DNA of 63,923 nucleotides, filler included, from Saprolegnia diclina VS20 (Eukaryota), in the NCBI RefSeq assembly GCF_000281045.1. It is 3 parts of 2 records of this genome, joined end to end, with 100 filler letters (N's around TTAATTAATTAA, not from the genome) between each part and the next. Parts side by side here need not be neighbours in the genome. Positions count along the whole stretch, not along the records: positions 24,040 to 53,475 come from NW_008246074.1; 2 more parts are not named here. One strand, given 5' to 3'. The notes under the pieces are model-generated. The model saw only the letters and a list, made by a program, of their open reading frames with translations. It was not told the DNA's origin and did no database searches. Below are positions 36,401-46,179 of this stretch, one piece after another (position 1 is the first letter of the stretch; every line of letters begins with the position of its first letter). The translations under genes were made by a program, and so were the position numbers.

Positions 36401-37803
36401 ATGCCCCATGCACTGCTCCAAGTCGACCTCTTGCACCTCATTGCGCGGTACCTACCGACGCGCGATGCGTTCCTGTCGTTCATACGCGCCCTGCCACACG
36501 ACTGCTTGGGCTACCCGCTCCAGTGCTGGCGCGAGCTATCGACGCGCATGCCACTGGACGAGCTCTGGCCGCGGCTCCAGCTGCCCGCGCGCCTGCGAGA
36601 CGACGACATTGCGCTCTTCCGCGGTGCGTCGCTTGTCTTTTCACATGTTGTCCTCTCGCAGCCGTTCGACCTCGCGCTCTTGCGGCGCTGTGTCCAGCCA
36701 CACGCGCAGCTCCAGCTGCTCGCGTCGAGCCTTCCGCCCGCGCCGACGCCCGCCTGGTACAATGCGCTCGCAACGTTCTCCATCGCGTCCTTGCAAGGTG
36801 CTCGCCGCAGCTGCGACGGCCTCGCATCGGCGCTGCCGTTGTTCGACGCTCTCTGTGCACTTGACCTTGGCCGCACCGAGCCCATGACCAAGAAGCAGCA
36901 AGGCCACTTGGTGACCGCGCTCGAGACGGCGCTTCCGGCCCTCTTGTCGCTGCGATTGCGCCATGACGAGCTAGCAAAGGAAACACTCGGCGCATTGACG
37001 GCCTGGATCGCGACGCGTCCCGTACGTGGCGTGGGGCTTGTGGGCTCTGGCGACGCCGCGCCGCGCGCACTGTGCGCCGCACTGCACGCCAGCAATACAC
37101 TGCACGTACTTGATGTCGAACAGAGTCCATTGGGGCTCAAGATCTGCCGCGACGTATCGCCCGGCCATTGGCCGACCTTGACGGTCCTTCGACTCTCCGC
37201 GTGCGCGCTCACGGCCCGCAACGTCAAGAAGCTTTTGCCGGGTCTTCCGACGCAGTCACTTCGCAAGCTCGACCTGTCGGACAACCCATTGGCGACAAGG
37301 GCCTCCAGCTGCTCCTCGAGTGGCTGCCAGCGAGCAGCGTGCACTACTTGCACTTGGCCAACGCGGGGTTGACGCCCAAGGGACTCTTGGCACTCGCTTC
37401 GATGCTGCGCCGGCCCTCGCGCCTCACGACGTTGTACTTGGAGAACGAGGCCATCGACGATCGGAGCCTCGCGCGGTTTGTGAAGCTCATTGCGCAGTCG
37501 CCGACGTTGCAGTATGTAGCGCTGTGGCACATGGTCGTCGGCGTTGAGAGCGCCATGGACATGGTCGAAGCGCTCTACCACAACCAGAAGCTCGAGGTCG
37601 TGCTCTTGGGCTCGAGCGCACTCTCGGCCCGCGCTGCGCAGATCGTCGACTCGTGCTACGGCGTGCGTGCGACGCGCTTCTTTGTTACGGCGCCGCCGCT
37701 CGCGTCCACGCCGCTAAACATTCCTGTTCTGCAAGCGGCGCTGGACAGTGCAGTGAACCAACGCAAGCGGTCACTGCCGTCGTGTGCGTGGGCCCACGAC
37801 TAA
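36401..37803 (+). CDS. RNI-like leucine-rich-repeat protein with an apparent 1-nt frameshift at ~37285-37287
   Basis: LRRs LTVLRLSACAL, LRKLDLSDNP, VHYLHLANAGL and LTTLYLENEAI are split across ORFs 36401..37372 and 37168..37803. Adding one C to the CCC run restores NPIGDKGLQLL. Confidence 0.8.
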
Positions 37804-38268
37804 ACGACTAAAGTACATGTAGGTACTAGTACTCGATAGACCATAGGAATAAGCGGTTGTGTCTCGATCTGCCCGCGATGGTGAGCTCCTATCAGTGCCA
37901 TTCGCCCGACGTCGCGCTCTATGCTGTCGGTGCAACAGAGCTATCGACGATGCCATTGCTGGCCTGTTCTGTACAGCGGTAGAGCTGTAGAATAGGACCA
38001 AACTCCGTCCGTCCGTCGGTCCATCACGCAGCGCCGGCGTGTACGCAGACCAGAGGCAGCGCCAAGAAGCGACCGCTCTCCGCTTTCACGGCGCGCGGTC
38101 AAGTCGACTGCCGTCCAGCGTAGCCAAAGACACCTGGGCATGGCATCAGGGTTAGGGTACGACGCCTGCGATGTCGGTTGTCGGCGAATCGGACCCCGAT
38201 GTACTTGAATGAATCCCTAAGCCAGTGGCTTTGCGTCGCTCTTCTATGATTGGTTATGACACGCTCGA

Positions 38269-39291
38269 TCACAACACAATGTTGTCAATAAGGCGGCACG
38301 CGCCGACCTTGACGGCCACCGAGATCACGGCGCCTTGTGTCGTGTCGACGTCCACAAGCTCTTCCATGGTCGCTTTCGAGCCAATCGAAATGTACTGGAT
38401 CTCGCCCACGAGCGGCTCCGTGCGGTAGATGCGCTCAATCGTCGCGCGGAGCGTCGCCGCCGGCAAAGTCGCTGTCGTCGCCGCGTCAAAGTCGGCTTTG
38501 GCCTGGCGCAGACCAGCGTAGAGAATGCTGGACGCGACACGCTCGTCGGGCGAGAGGTACTGGTTGCGCGTCGACATGGCGAGACCGTCGTCTTCCCGCA
38601 TCGTGTCCATCACGCGAAGCGTGATCGGAAAGTTGAGGTCTTCGATGAGCCGCTTGATGACGACACATTGCACCGCGTCCTTTTGCCCAAAGAACGCGTG
38701 CGTCGGAGACACGATGTTGAAGAGCTTGGCGACGACCGTCGCGACGCCGCGGAAGAAGCCGGGCCGGCACTGGCCTTCGGGCACGTCGTCAAAGCCAACG
38801 GGATCGACATACGACCTACAGGCGACACGTGGACATGAAGTGCGTGGGCGCGGACGGAAGGCTAGTACCGGTGGTCGGGCAGATACATGGTGGCTGTCGT
38901 CGGCGCAAAGACGATGTCGACGCCCTGCTCCCGCAGCTTGGCCATGTCGGCTTCAAACGTGCGCGGGTACTTGTCGAAATCTTCATTCGGGCCAAACTGC
39001 GCCGGGTTCACAAACACACTCGAGACGACGACGTCGCACGTGGCCTTGGCCTCGGCAATGAGCGACATGTGCCCGGCGTGGAGGCCCTACGACGCGGCTA
39101 CGTTCATGCCCACGCAGGTCCTCGTCACCGCGTACCCCCATGGTCGGGACAAAGCCGACAGTCGCGCCCGCTGGCACCGCAGCCCTCGCCTGGCGGAAGG
39201 ACGCAATGTCTTCGCAGATTTGCATCGTCGATGCGCGGCGCGTGGCAAGGCGCGAGGCCATGCGCGCAGTCATCTTGGTCAGCATCGTCAT
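38269..39291 (-). CDS. panC: Pantoate--beta-alanine ligase (pantothenate synthetase), possible mitochondrial presequence
   Basis: [73 protein letters not shown] and RLIDN. Two introns. Confidence 0.96.
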
Positions 39292-40666
39292 CGCTCCGGA
39301 CGAAACTGCATCAAATGTGTGGTGCGTTTGGCATGCCACAAAGAGGACCACATTGCCGATTGGTGACGAAAAGGGGTACAACCCACTTTCAACAGCGTGC
39401 AGCTCTCGCCCCAGCGAATGCAGTCCGTAGCCCAAGCACCGTAGCCCCAGCGATATATACCGGTATACGATCTTATAGCTGATCGTCGTGGCTGCCGTGT
39501 TTTTTCGTTGAACGAGCGCCGCGTCCGGATATGCATCGAGGACATGGCGTTGGGAGCGCCCTTTGCTCGTTGCAGCGTGAAGGGTTGAACGACGACTACC
39601 AGACCAGTTCCAATACTACCTATTTACCAGTAGTCCTGAATCCAGTCACCTCGCTCAAGTCTCTTGCCATATTTTGGGACCTCGCCTTGGCCTCTCGCTC
39701 GACTTTCAACGATCACCAAGATCATGCCGCTGAGTCCGACGCTTGCAACTTCAACCAGAAACGTTTGTTCGAAGGCGGCGGTTGGCTGCTTGGATCGCGA
39801 CCGAGATGAGACCTCTCGGAAGACGACGAACAAAAGGCGTCAAGGTATAGTATGCAGCGTCGTCTTGCTGCGTGGAAGATGCGAGAACGCAACTTGCGAG
39901 CGACTGCAGTGTCCCACGGAGGACGGAGACACACGTCGCAGCCCCAGTCGGTTGAAGTTACACTGTACGACGACGTTGTCATTTTTCACCATTTCCCACC
40001 GTGTGCATCGCGTCGTCCATTTTTTGTAAAATAGCAAATTGGATTTCGCCGAATTCGGCACGGAAGCATGGACCGTCATAACACATAGGAATACCAAAAG
40101 ACTGGACATTGTCCCACAGAGTCGCGTCTCTCAGGCAATATATCAAGGCGAGAGCGAGCAACCACGGGCTTGCAACATTTATATCATTCTTTATCGTTTC
40201 GGGCGTGCGCTGGTGCGGGTTCGTTGCGTCAACAGTGGCTCTCAACAGTGGCCAATGCAGTATCCTTGCTTTGGGGGCTTAGAACCAGGAACGAGAGAAA
40301 CGACTACGAAAGTTGTTGAATCCGCCGTACTAACGTTAGTAGTAAACAAGTGTCGGTAGCGCACGTCGTTGGTGCGGCTACAGACAGTTGTTGACGTCGC
40401 TTCTCGGCACGACATTCCATGCTCCATGCAATCTTGATGCTCAGGATCTGCGGAAGCAAGACGCGGGATGAGATCGGGTTGATTGGCGTCCTTGATTTGC
40501 CTTGGTCGTTTTCAAATTTTCGCAGCGCATTTCGATCCGGAATAGTTTCCCACGTGGATTTATCACGTGCGTTTTTCACGTCCGAATTTCAGCAAATCAA
40601 AAGCGTTTGCAACATTAGAGGAGCGTTTTGGCATTTTCGCTCCAGCCACCAAGCAGCAGGAGCAGC

Positions 40667-41923
40667 ATGTTTGGCGGCGAGTTCACCAAGGTCAAGGCCA
40701 TCGCGAGCCTCCGGCCGGCCGACCACATCGCGGTGTGGGACCTCAGCCGATGGCCCATCAAGTACCAGCACCATGGCATCGTCTGGGCGGCCGGCGACTC
40801 GGAGGACACGGTGCAGATCTGCCACGTGTGGAGCCCACTCGTGGGCTACCGCGAGGCGCAGGCCGACTCGTGCTTCCGCATCTCAACGCTGCGCGAGTTC
40901 CTCTACAACCGGTCGCTCTCGAGCCTCCGCGTCGTCGAGTACCACACGAGTAGCCTCCGCGAGCTCCTCTCCAAGTGGGGCGAAGTCCATTACACGCGCG
41001 CGGACCTGCCCGAGGTCATTCTTGCGCGCTGCAAGTTTCTCATGGGCCTTGGCAAAGGCGAGTTCAACATCTTCAAGCAGAACTGCGAGCACGCAGCCCA
41101 CTGGTGCATGACGGGCGAGCAGTGGTGCAAGCAAAACCTCACGCGCGCCAAGGGCCGCGTGCCCTTTGAACACATGGTGTCACCCGAGCAAGTGACCGCG
41201 CTTGACGACGAGATTGACGCGATCAAGATGATCTCCAAGAGCGTTGTCGACAAGACGCTCGCGCTCAATGGCCAGTCCGTCTACCTCCGCGTCCTCGGCG
41301 CGACCGAGGCGTTCCTGACCATCCTCCCGAACGGGTACCTTGGCGTGACCGACTCGCGCGAAAACGCGTCGGCCTTTACTGTCAGCACGTCCTCCAAGAT
41401 GTACAACTCGATGAAGGTGAGCTTCCAAGTCGGCGGCAAGCACATGTACAGCCGCAGCACGATCTCGTGCTACCGCCAGATCCACATGAAGAAGTACAAC
41501 TTCTGGCGCGGCCGCCCCGGCATGACGTGGGAGCTCTCGTCGAACGGGTACATGAAGAGCATGAACCAGCACCGCCGGTACATTGGTCTGCGCTCCGACA
41601 ACATCTTGGTCGACGTGAGCATGCGCGGGGACGCGGCGCGCTTGGAGCTTGTGCCGCTCGACGATTCGCAAGCCGCGCCGGCGCCCTACGACGCGCAGAT
41701 CCGTAAGCTGCCATCGTCCAAGGCATTTGAGCTCGCGGTGCATAAGTCGATGCGCAACCTCGAGGCGCGCCGGAGCGGTCGCAAGCCCGAGGGCGAGACT
41801 AGCATCGTCGAAGGCGACGACGAAGACAAGGAGGACGACGAAGCAGCCACGTACAAGGCGTTCCCGAGTCCACGAGCTGCGAGTAGCCCGAGAGCGGCCC
41901 TCGGGCACAAGACGTCCATGTAA
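40667..41923 (+). CDS. LRAT-like (permuted NlpC/P60, NC domain) protein with a C-terminal beta-trefoil/fascin-like domain, intronless
   Basis: LRPADHI, YQHHGIV, ICHV and GEFNIFKQNCEHAAHWCMTG (LRAT catalytic H...NCEH). The C-terminal part has beta-rich repeats VYLRV..FLTI, VSFQVGGKHMY and YMKSMNQHRRYIGL. Confidence 0.82.
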   Translation: MFGGEFTKVKAIASLRPADHIAVWDLSRWPIKYQHHGIVWAAGDSEDTVQICHVWSPLVGYREAQADSCFRISTLREFLYNRSLSSLRVVEYHTSSLRELLSKWGEVHYTRADLPEVILARCKFLMGLGKGEFNIFKQNCEHAAHWCMTGEQWCKQNLTRAKGRVPFEHMVSPEQVTALDDEIDAIKMISKSVVDKTLALNGQSVYLRVLGATEAFLTILPNGYLGVTDSRENASAFTVSTSSKMYNSMKVSFQVGGKHMYSRSTISCYRQIHMKKYNFWRGRPGMTWELSSNGYMKSMNQHRRYIGLRSDNILVDVSMRGDAARLELVPLDDSQAAPAPYDAQIRKLPSSKAFELAVHKSMRNLEARRSGRKPEGETSIVEGDDEDKEDDEAATYKAFPSPRAASSPRAALGHKTSM

Positions 41924-42663
41924 GAAAATCACTGCCGCTGTCATTGGGAATCAGCGCGAGGACCAACCAGAGAAAGACCGCCAAGATGCATGACGACGCA
42001 AAAGCAATCTGCGTCTCTACACCCTAACTAACCTCACACACTATATAATGGGTTTGGCTGCGAAAGACCTTGCAGAGACCCAAGGGGGCGATACGATCCA
42101 CAGGTCTCCCTCGATGGTTCGCAGCACTTGCACGACGCCCGCCTGCTGCGGACGACTGTGCGATGGCACTCGTACACGAACACTGGTGGCGAGCGTTGTC
42201 GAAGCTTACAGCTTGAAACTAAGATCTTAGATCACTGATCTCAAATGCGATCTCAACCCGTCGACAGCGGCGCCACTCGCGTGTCGAAGTGTCGAGCTAA
42301 ATGTACAACCTAGTACGAGTTAGCATTGAGCGAATGGACCAGACGGTGCTGACATCGAAGCCAGGTGTGAGGGATCTGCGTGCATGACAGGTGCAGTCGA
42401 CGAGCAGCCTCGTTGTCTCGGTCTGTGCTAGTCTATGGACTGCGAATGTCAGAGCGATTCCTGCACAGAGCTACTCTAAGATATCGCCGAGCGATGCAGT
42501 CTGTACACAAAGACACGACCACATTCTCATTCGATGCAGTGCTTACACAACGCGATGTCAGACGGGTGCCATGGCAGCGTACGTCGTGCGGGGTCATGGG
42601 CTCTTCGAGCACAGATTACTTGGTGCTCGATAGAGGTCGACAGCTCGCTTCTACCCAACGCTG

Positions 42664-43587
42664 TCAGTCCGTTCGGGTTGAAACACTTCTTGTCGACACG
42701 ACGACAGTTGGCGCGTTTGGCGACGGTGACGCAGTGTCGACCTTGACCTCGACCTTGACCTCCTCGGACTCGTGCTCGGGCTCGTGCGGGCGCCGGTGGT
42801 GCATCAAAGTGACCAAGTCGCCTTGAAACGGTGCTGTCTGGCCGCGCCATCGGTTCGCCTTGGCCTTCGAGTTGAACGACAAGACGACATGGCGAGCGTC
42901 GTCCGAGACCCACGCCGTGTGGACATCGTCTCGGAGCGCCCGACACAAGTCCGCGGCGGCCGCATCTTTGGCGCGCTTTGGCCGAATGAGCCGGCAGAGC
43001 GTCGCGGTGCCCATCGATAGCTGCAGGTTCGCGCCCTGTGGCACGTCAAACTGCACGTGTCCGTAGTTGTAGCGCATGTGCTTCCAAAAGCGGGCGAGCG
43101 CCGTGGGCTGTAGGATTTGGTACAGAAACTCTGGCGGGCAGTCGAGGGGCAGCGAGCCGTCGAGCACACACGAGAGGATCTTGGCTTCATACGGCGTCGC
43201 GCGCCGCCAGTTGTCAAGGCGCGCAGGCACGGGCACCTTGCAGTACTGGTGCATCTCGAGCAGCGCAGGGTCCGTCGGCACGTCACGATGCTTGATTTTG
43301 GGCTCTCGGGCTTTAAGTTCGCGGACTTGATCGATGAATAGAAGCGGTTCTTTCGCGTCGAGTCCTTTCGCCTTGGGCGGGCGTGACGAACGGTGCGGGC
43401 CTTTGGGCGTGCACTGCTTGCCCGCGGGCGGGCGCTCGGAGGTGTCCGCCACCGTGTCGCTGCTTCTTGGCTGCTCGGTCGGCGGGTTGCGCTTCTTCTT
43501 GCGTCGGCGACGGCGCCCAGTGGTGTCTGGGCGACGCGGCTGCTCGTCGATCGTCACGCTGCCAGCAATCTCACAGCCCATCTGCAT
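42664..43587 (-). CDS. Hypothetical basic protein with NLS; possibly a degenerate retroelement ORF1-like sequence
   Basis: Intronless ORF with RRRRRKKKR and an RRM-like stretch VVLSFNSKAKANRWRGQ. Downstream frames are broken and no RT or endonuclease is seen. Confidence 0.4.
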   Translation of the reverse strand: MQMGCEIAGSVTIDEQPRRPDTTGRRRRRKKKRNPPTEQPRSSDTVADTSERPPAGKQCTPKGPHRSSRPPKAKGLDAKEPLLFIDQVRELKAREPKIKHRDVPTDPALLEMHQYCKVPVPARLDNWRRATPYEAKILSCVLDGSLPLDCPPEFLYQILQPTALARFWKHMRYNYGHVQFDVPQGANLQLSMGTATLCRLIRPKRAKDAAAADLCRALRDDVHTAWVSDDARHVVLSFNSKAKANRWRGQTAPFQGDLVTLMHHRRPHEPEHESEEVKVEVKVDTASPSPNAPTVVVSTRSVSTRTD

Positions 43588-43975
43588 ACAAGTGCGCGAC
43601 TTCCGGCGAAATTTGCAAAATGTCACGAGAACCACTTCAACAAAACGAGACTCTTGTACCGTACGTACATCATGGTTTATAAGGCTGGGGTACCGCTCTC
43701 CGATCTACTGATCTAAGAGGACAACTAGAGTACCCTTTAGCGCAAAAGTGGTCGCCTATGTGTGCACCATGATCTTTGTGCTGTCGTGAGTGTCATCCGA
43801 CGGGCAATATGCAAAATGTCATTGCATCTGATGACAGCAACTGTACTACCAATTTACCAAGTTTGTACTACGTTGCTAGACTCGATAGTAGAGTGCACAC
43901 TGTGCGCTAGCGCACATCGTTGCCTGGGCCAGAATTGCGACGAGCGTTTTTGAGCCGAAACGAACCAAAGTTGTC

Positions 43976-45408
43976 ATGTCCGTCGACGCCAACCCGCTGC
44001 TGCCGCTGCAGGTCGCTTTTGCTGCGCTCCTCGAAGCCTCGATCCACCCAGCAATCGACGATGAGCTCGTTTCGTTTGGGACCACCGATCAAGCAGCGCT
44101 TCGCCGCGCGGTCGAGTGCCTTCCGCCCGCGGGAGCATCGACCGCACTGCTTGCAACGCTGCAGTTTGTGTGCCACGCTCGCGCGATCCTCTCCGTGTGC
44201 AGCAACTACATTGACCAACACGTAGTATCTTGCCATGGCTCCATTGAGTAGCATTCATTGCGTTTGTAGAGTGGACCGCACGAAACCATGGCTCAGCTCG
44301 CGCGGCTGCTGCCACCGACAGAGCTAGACCATGGGAGCCGCGACGACGACGGTGACGACGACGCGGACGACGAACTCTTTTTGTCTCCGAGAAATGAGCC
44401 TGCAGTGGTGCCATACTGCGCACCACAAGCACCGCCACCTCGAAGCGTCCCACCTTCATGGTTGGATCGATTGCGAGAGCTTTGGAACCCCAACGAGACC
44501 GACGAGGCGACGGACGAAGAGATGACGATTACGTCACCGACGACCAACAATGACGACAACGAGACAGCAAATGTCACCAGCGCAACGCCGCCCGTTGCCC
44601 TTCCTCTCCACATTACGACGACCATTGCGTCCATGGTCGACGAGTTGTCCAATCTCAAGCTCCAGCTACATGCACTGGAAGCGTTGGTCACCTACATCAC
44701 CTCAGCATGTACGTACATCATCACCTAGCTTCTTCACTGTCGTGCACTTTTTAGCACATGGGGACAGCGGCGCCTTGTATGCGGACCAGCGGGTGCTGCC
44801 GTGTGTACTGCACGCGATGCGAATGCTCGCAAATAGCAAGCGGGCGCAACTGGCGGGTCTCTCGCTCCTCGGCAACCCAAGTTGGAAGCAACATTGCAGC
44901 ACGCGTCACGACGATTATGATGATGTAGGTTTGGGCGCGCTGCCGGCGCACGCGTCGACTCAAGACTGCCGGCGAAGCATCCTTGGGGCCATGCTGCGCT
45001 TCCCCGCACACCCACCGCTGCAAGGTCTGGGGTGCTTGGCCCTTGCCAACTTATGTAAAAATTCAAGCGGTGTCCTCGACACGGTGGCGAAAGGCGGCGT
45101 TGACACGGCGATTGCTGCCATGAAGCGCTTTCCGACCGACCCGACAGTACAATCCTCGGGTTGCTGGCTTCTCGCTACGATATGCGCCGTGGACGGTTTG
45201 CTTGTGCGTGATGATCCTGTCGTTGATGGTGACGACGCTAGAGGAAATGCAATACGCGGTCTTGGACGCCGGCGGCATGGCAATCGTCGAGACGGCAGCG
45301 CGCTCACTGCCCGACGACCCGCGTGTCCATGATCACGCCAAGATGGCCCTTGACGGAATGCTGCAGAAACACCCGAGCCGCGACACGCCGCAGTGCCTTC
45401 TCCAATGA
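43976..45408 (+). CDS. Armadillo-repeat-containing protein, multi-exon
   Basis: ARM-like repeats ILGAMLRFPAHPPLQGLGCLALANL, GGVDTAIAAMKRFPTDPTVQSSGCWLLATI and AGGMAIVETAARSLPDDPRV. Confidence 0.75.
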
Positions 45409-45555
45409 TAAAACCGCGCAGGTTGCTCGAAGCGGCTTCGCGGGCCTTCGTGGATGCCACGTATGTGCGATACCATTGGTTAAAAATATAATTGTTTTCC
45501 ACCAATGGCCTTTGAGATTGCGCACAAACCTGTCAATGCGGCCATTCCCGCAAGC

Positions 45556-45836
45556 ATGACCAAGAACAACGTCGGCAAGTACGCGGTCGCGGGCTTCTTG
45601 ACCCTGACGACGGCCACGATCGGTACGCGAGGCGCGCATTCGTCCGGTCTCTTGACACATGGCGTGTAGGCTTCATTCACGTGTACCTGCCATACTACAC
45701 AGAGCTCGGGCAGCAAGTGCACGACCGCGCCGCCTTGAACCGCGAGCGCGGTGGGTCGGGCGAGACGTCGCAAGTCTCGGGCTCGATGTGGAAGAACATG
45801 CGCCAGCAAGTGCAGAGCCAGAAAGAGTCCAAGTAA
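45556..45836 (+). CDS. Small (77 aa) single-pass membrane protein, two exons; not in the ORF track
   Basis: Exons 45556..45622 and 45670..45836 (GT-AG intron) give MTKNNVGKYAVAGFLTLTTATIGFIHVYLPYYTELGQQVHDRAALNRERGGSGETSQVSGSMWKNMRQQVQSQKESK*, with host-like codon usage. Confidence 0.75.
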
Positions 45837-46179
45837 AGCGCAATAGACGACCCGCAACTTGATATGCAGCTCGTCGACACTCATGACCATGATGAGCTTT
45901 CGGCGCCAATGTGGGTTGCGGCGGGCGTGCCGCTACGCTGTACGTGCAACCTTGGTGACGGTCCAAACAACGATATTCGTATCAACTCCAGCTGCGACTA
46001 GAATGCAGCAACTACATGTGTTGGTGTTGGCCAGGAGGAGCTCGGAGAAGGGAAGCCCGACACCACTTGACACTGAACTTGTCAGTTAGATCTGGTGGCT
46101 CTATTTGCCAAGCCTATATAGATGCACTGCTGCAAGTCCATTTCCGTCTTCTGCAACGAGCCGGAACAAGCGACAGCAA

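Noticed and set aside
39531..40430. Several short ORFs and an imperfect hairpin (~40352-40384) between panC and the LRAT gene
   Set aside because: There is no consistent codon bias, motif or convincing splice model. The hairpin is weak, with no Helitron-type CTAG end or tRNA fold.
45480..45890. 136-aa minus-strand hydrophobic ORF
   Set aside because: It is better explained as the antisense of the spliced plus-strand 77-aa gene.
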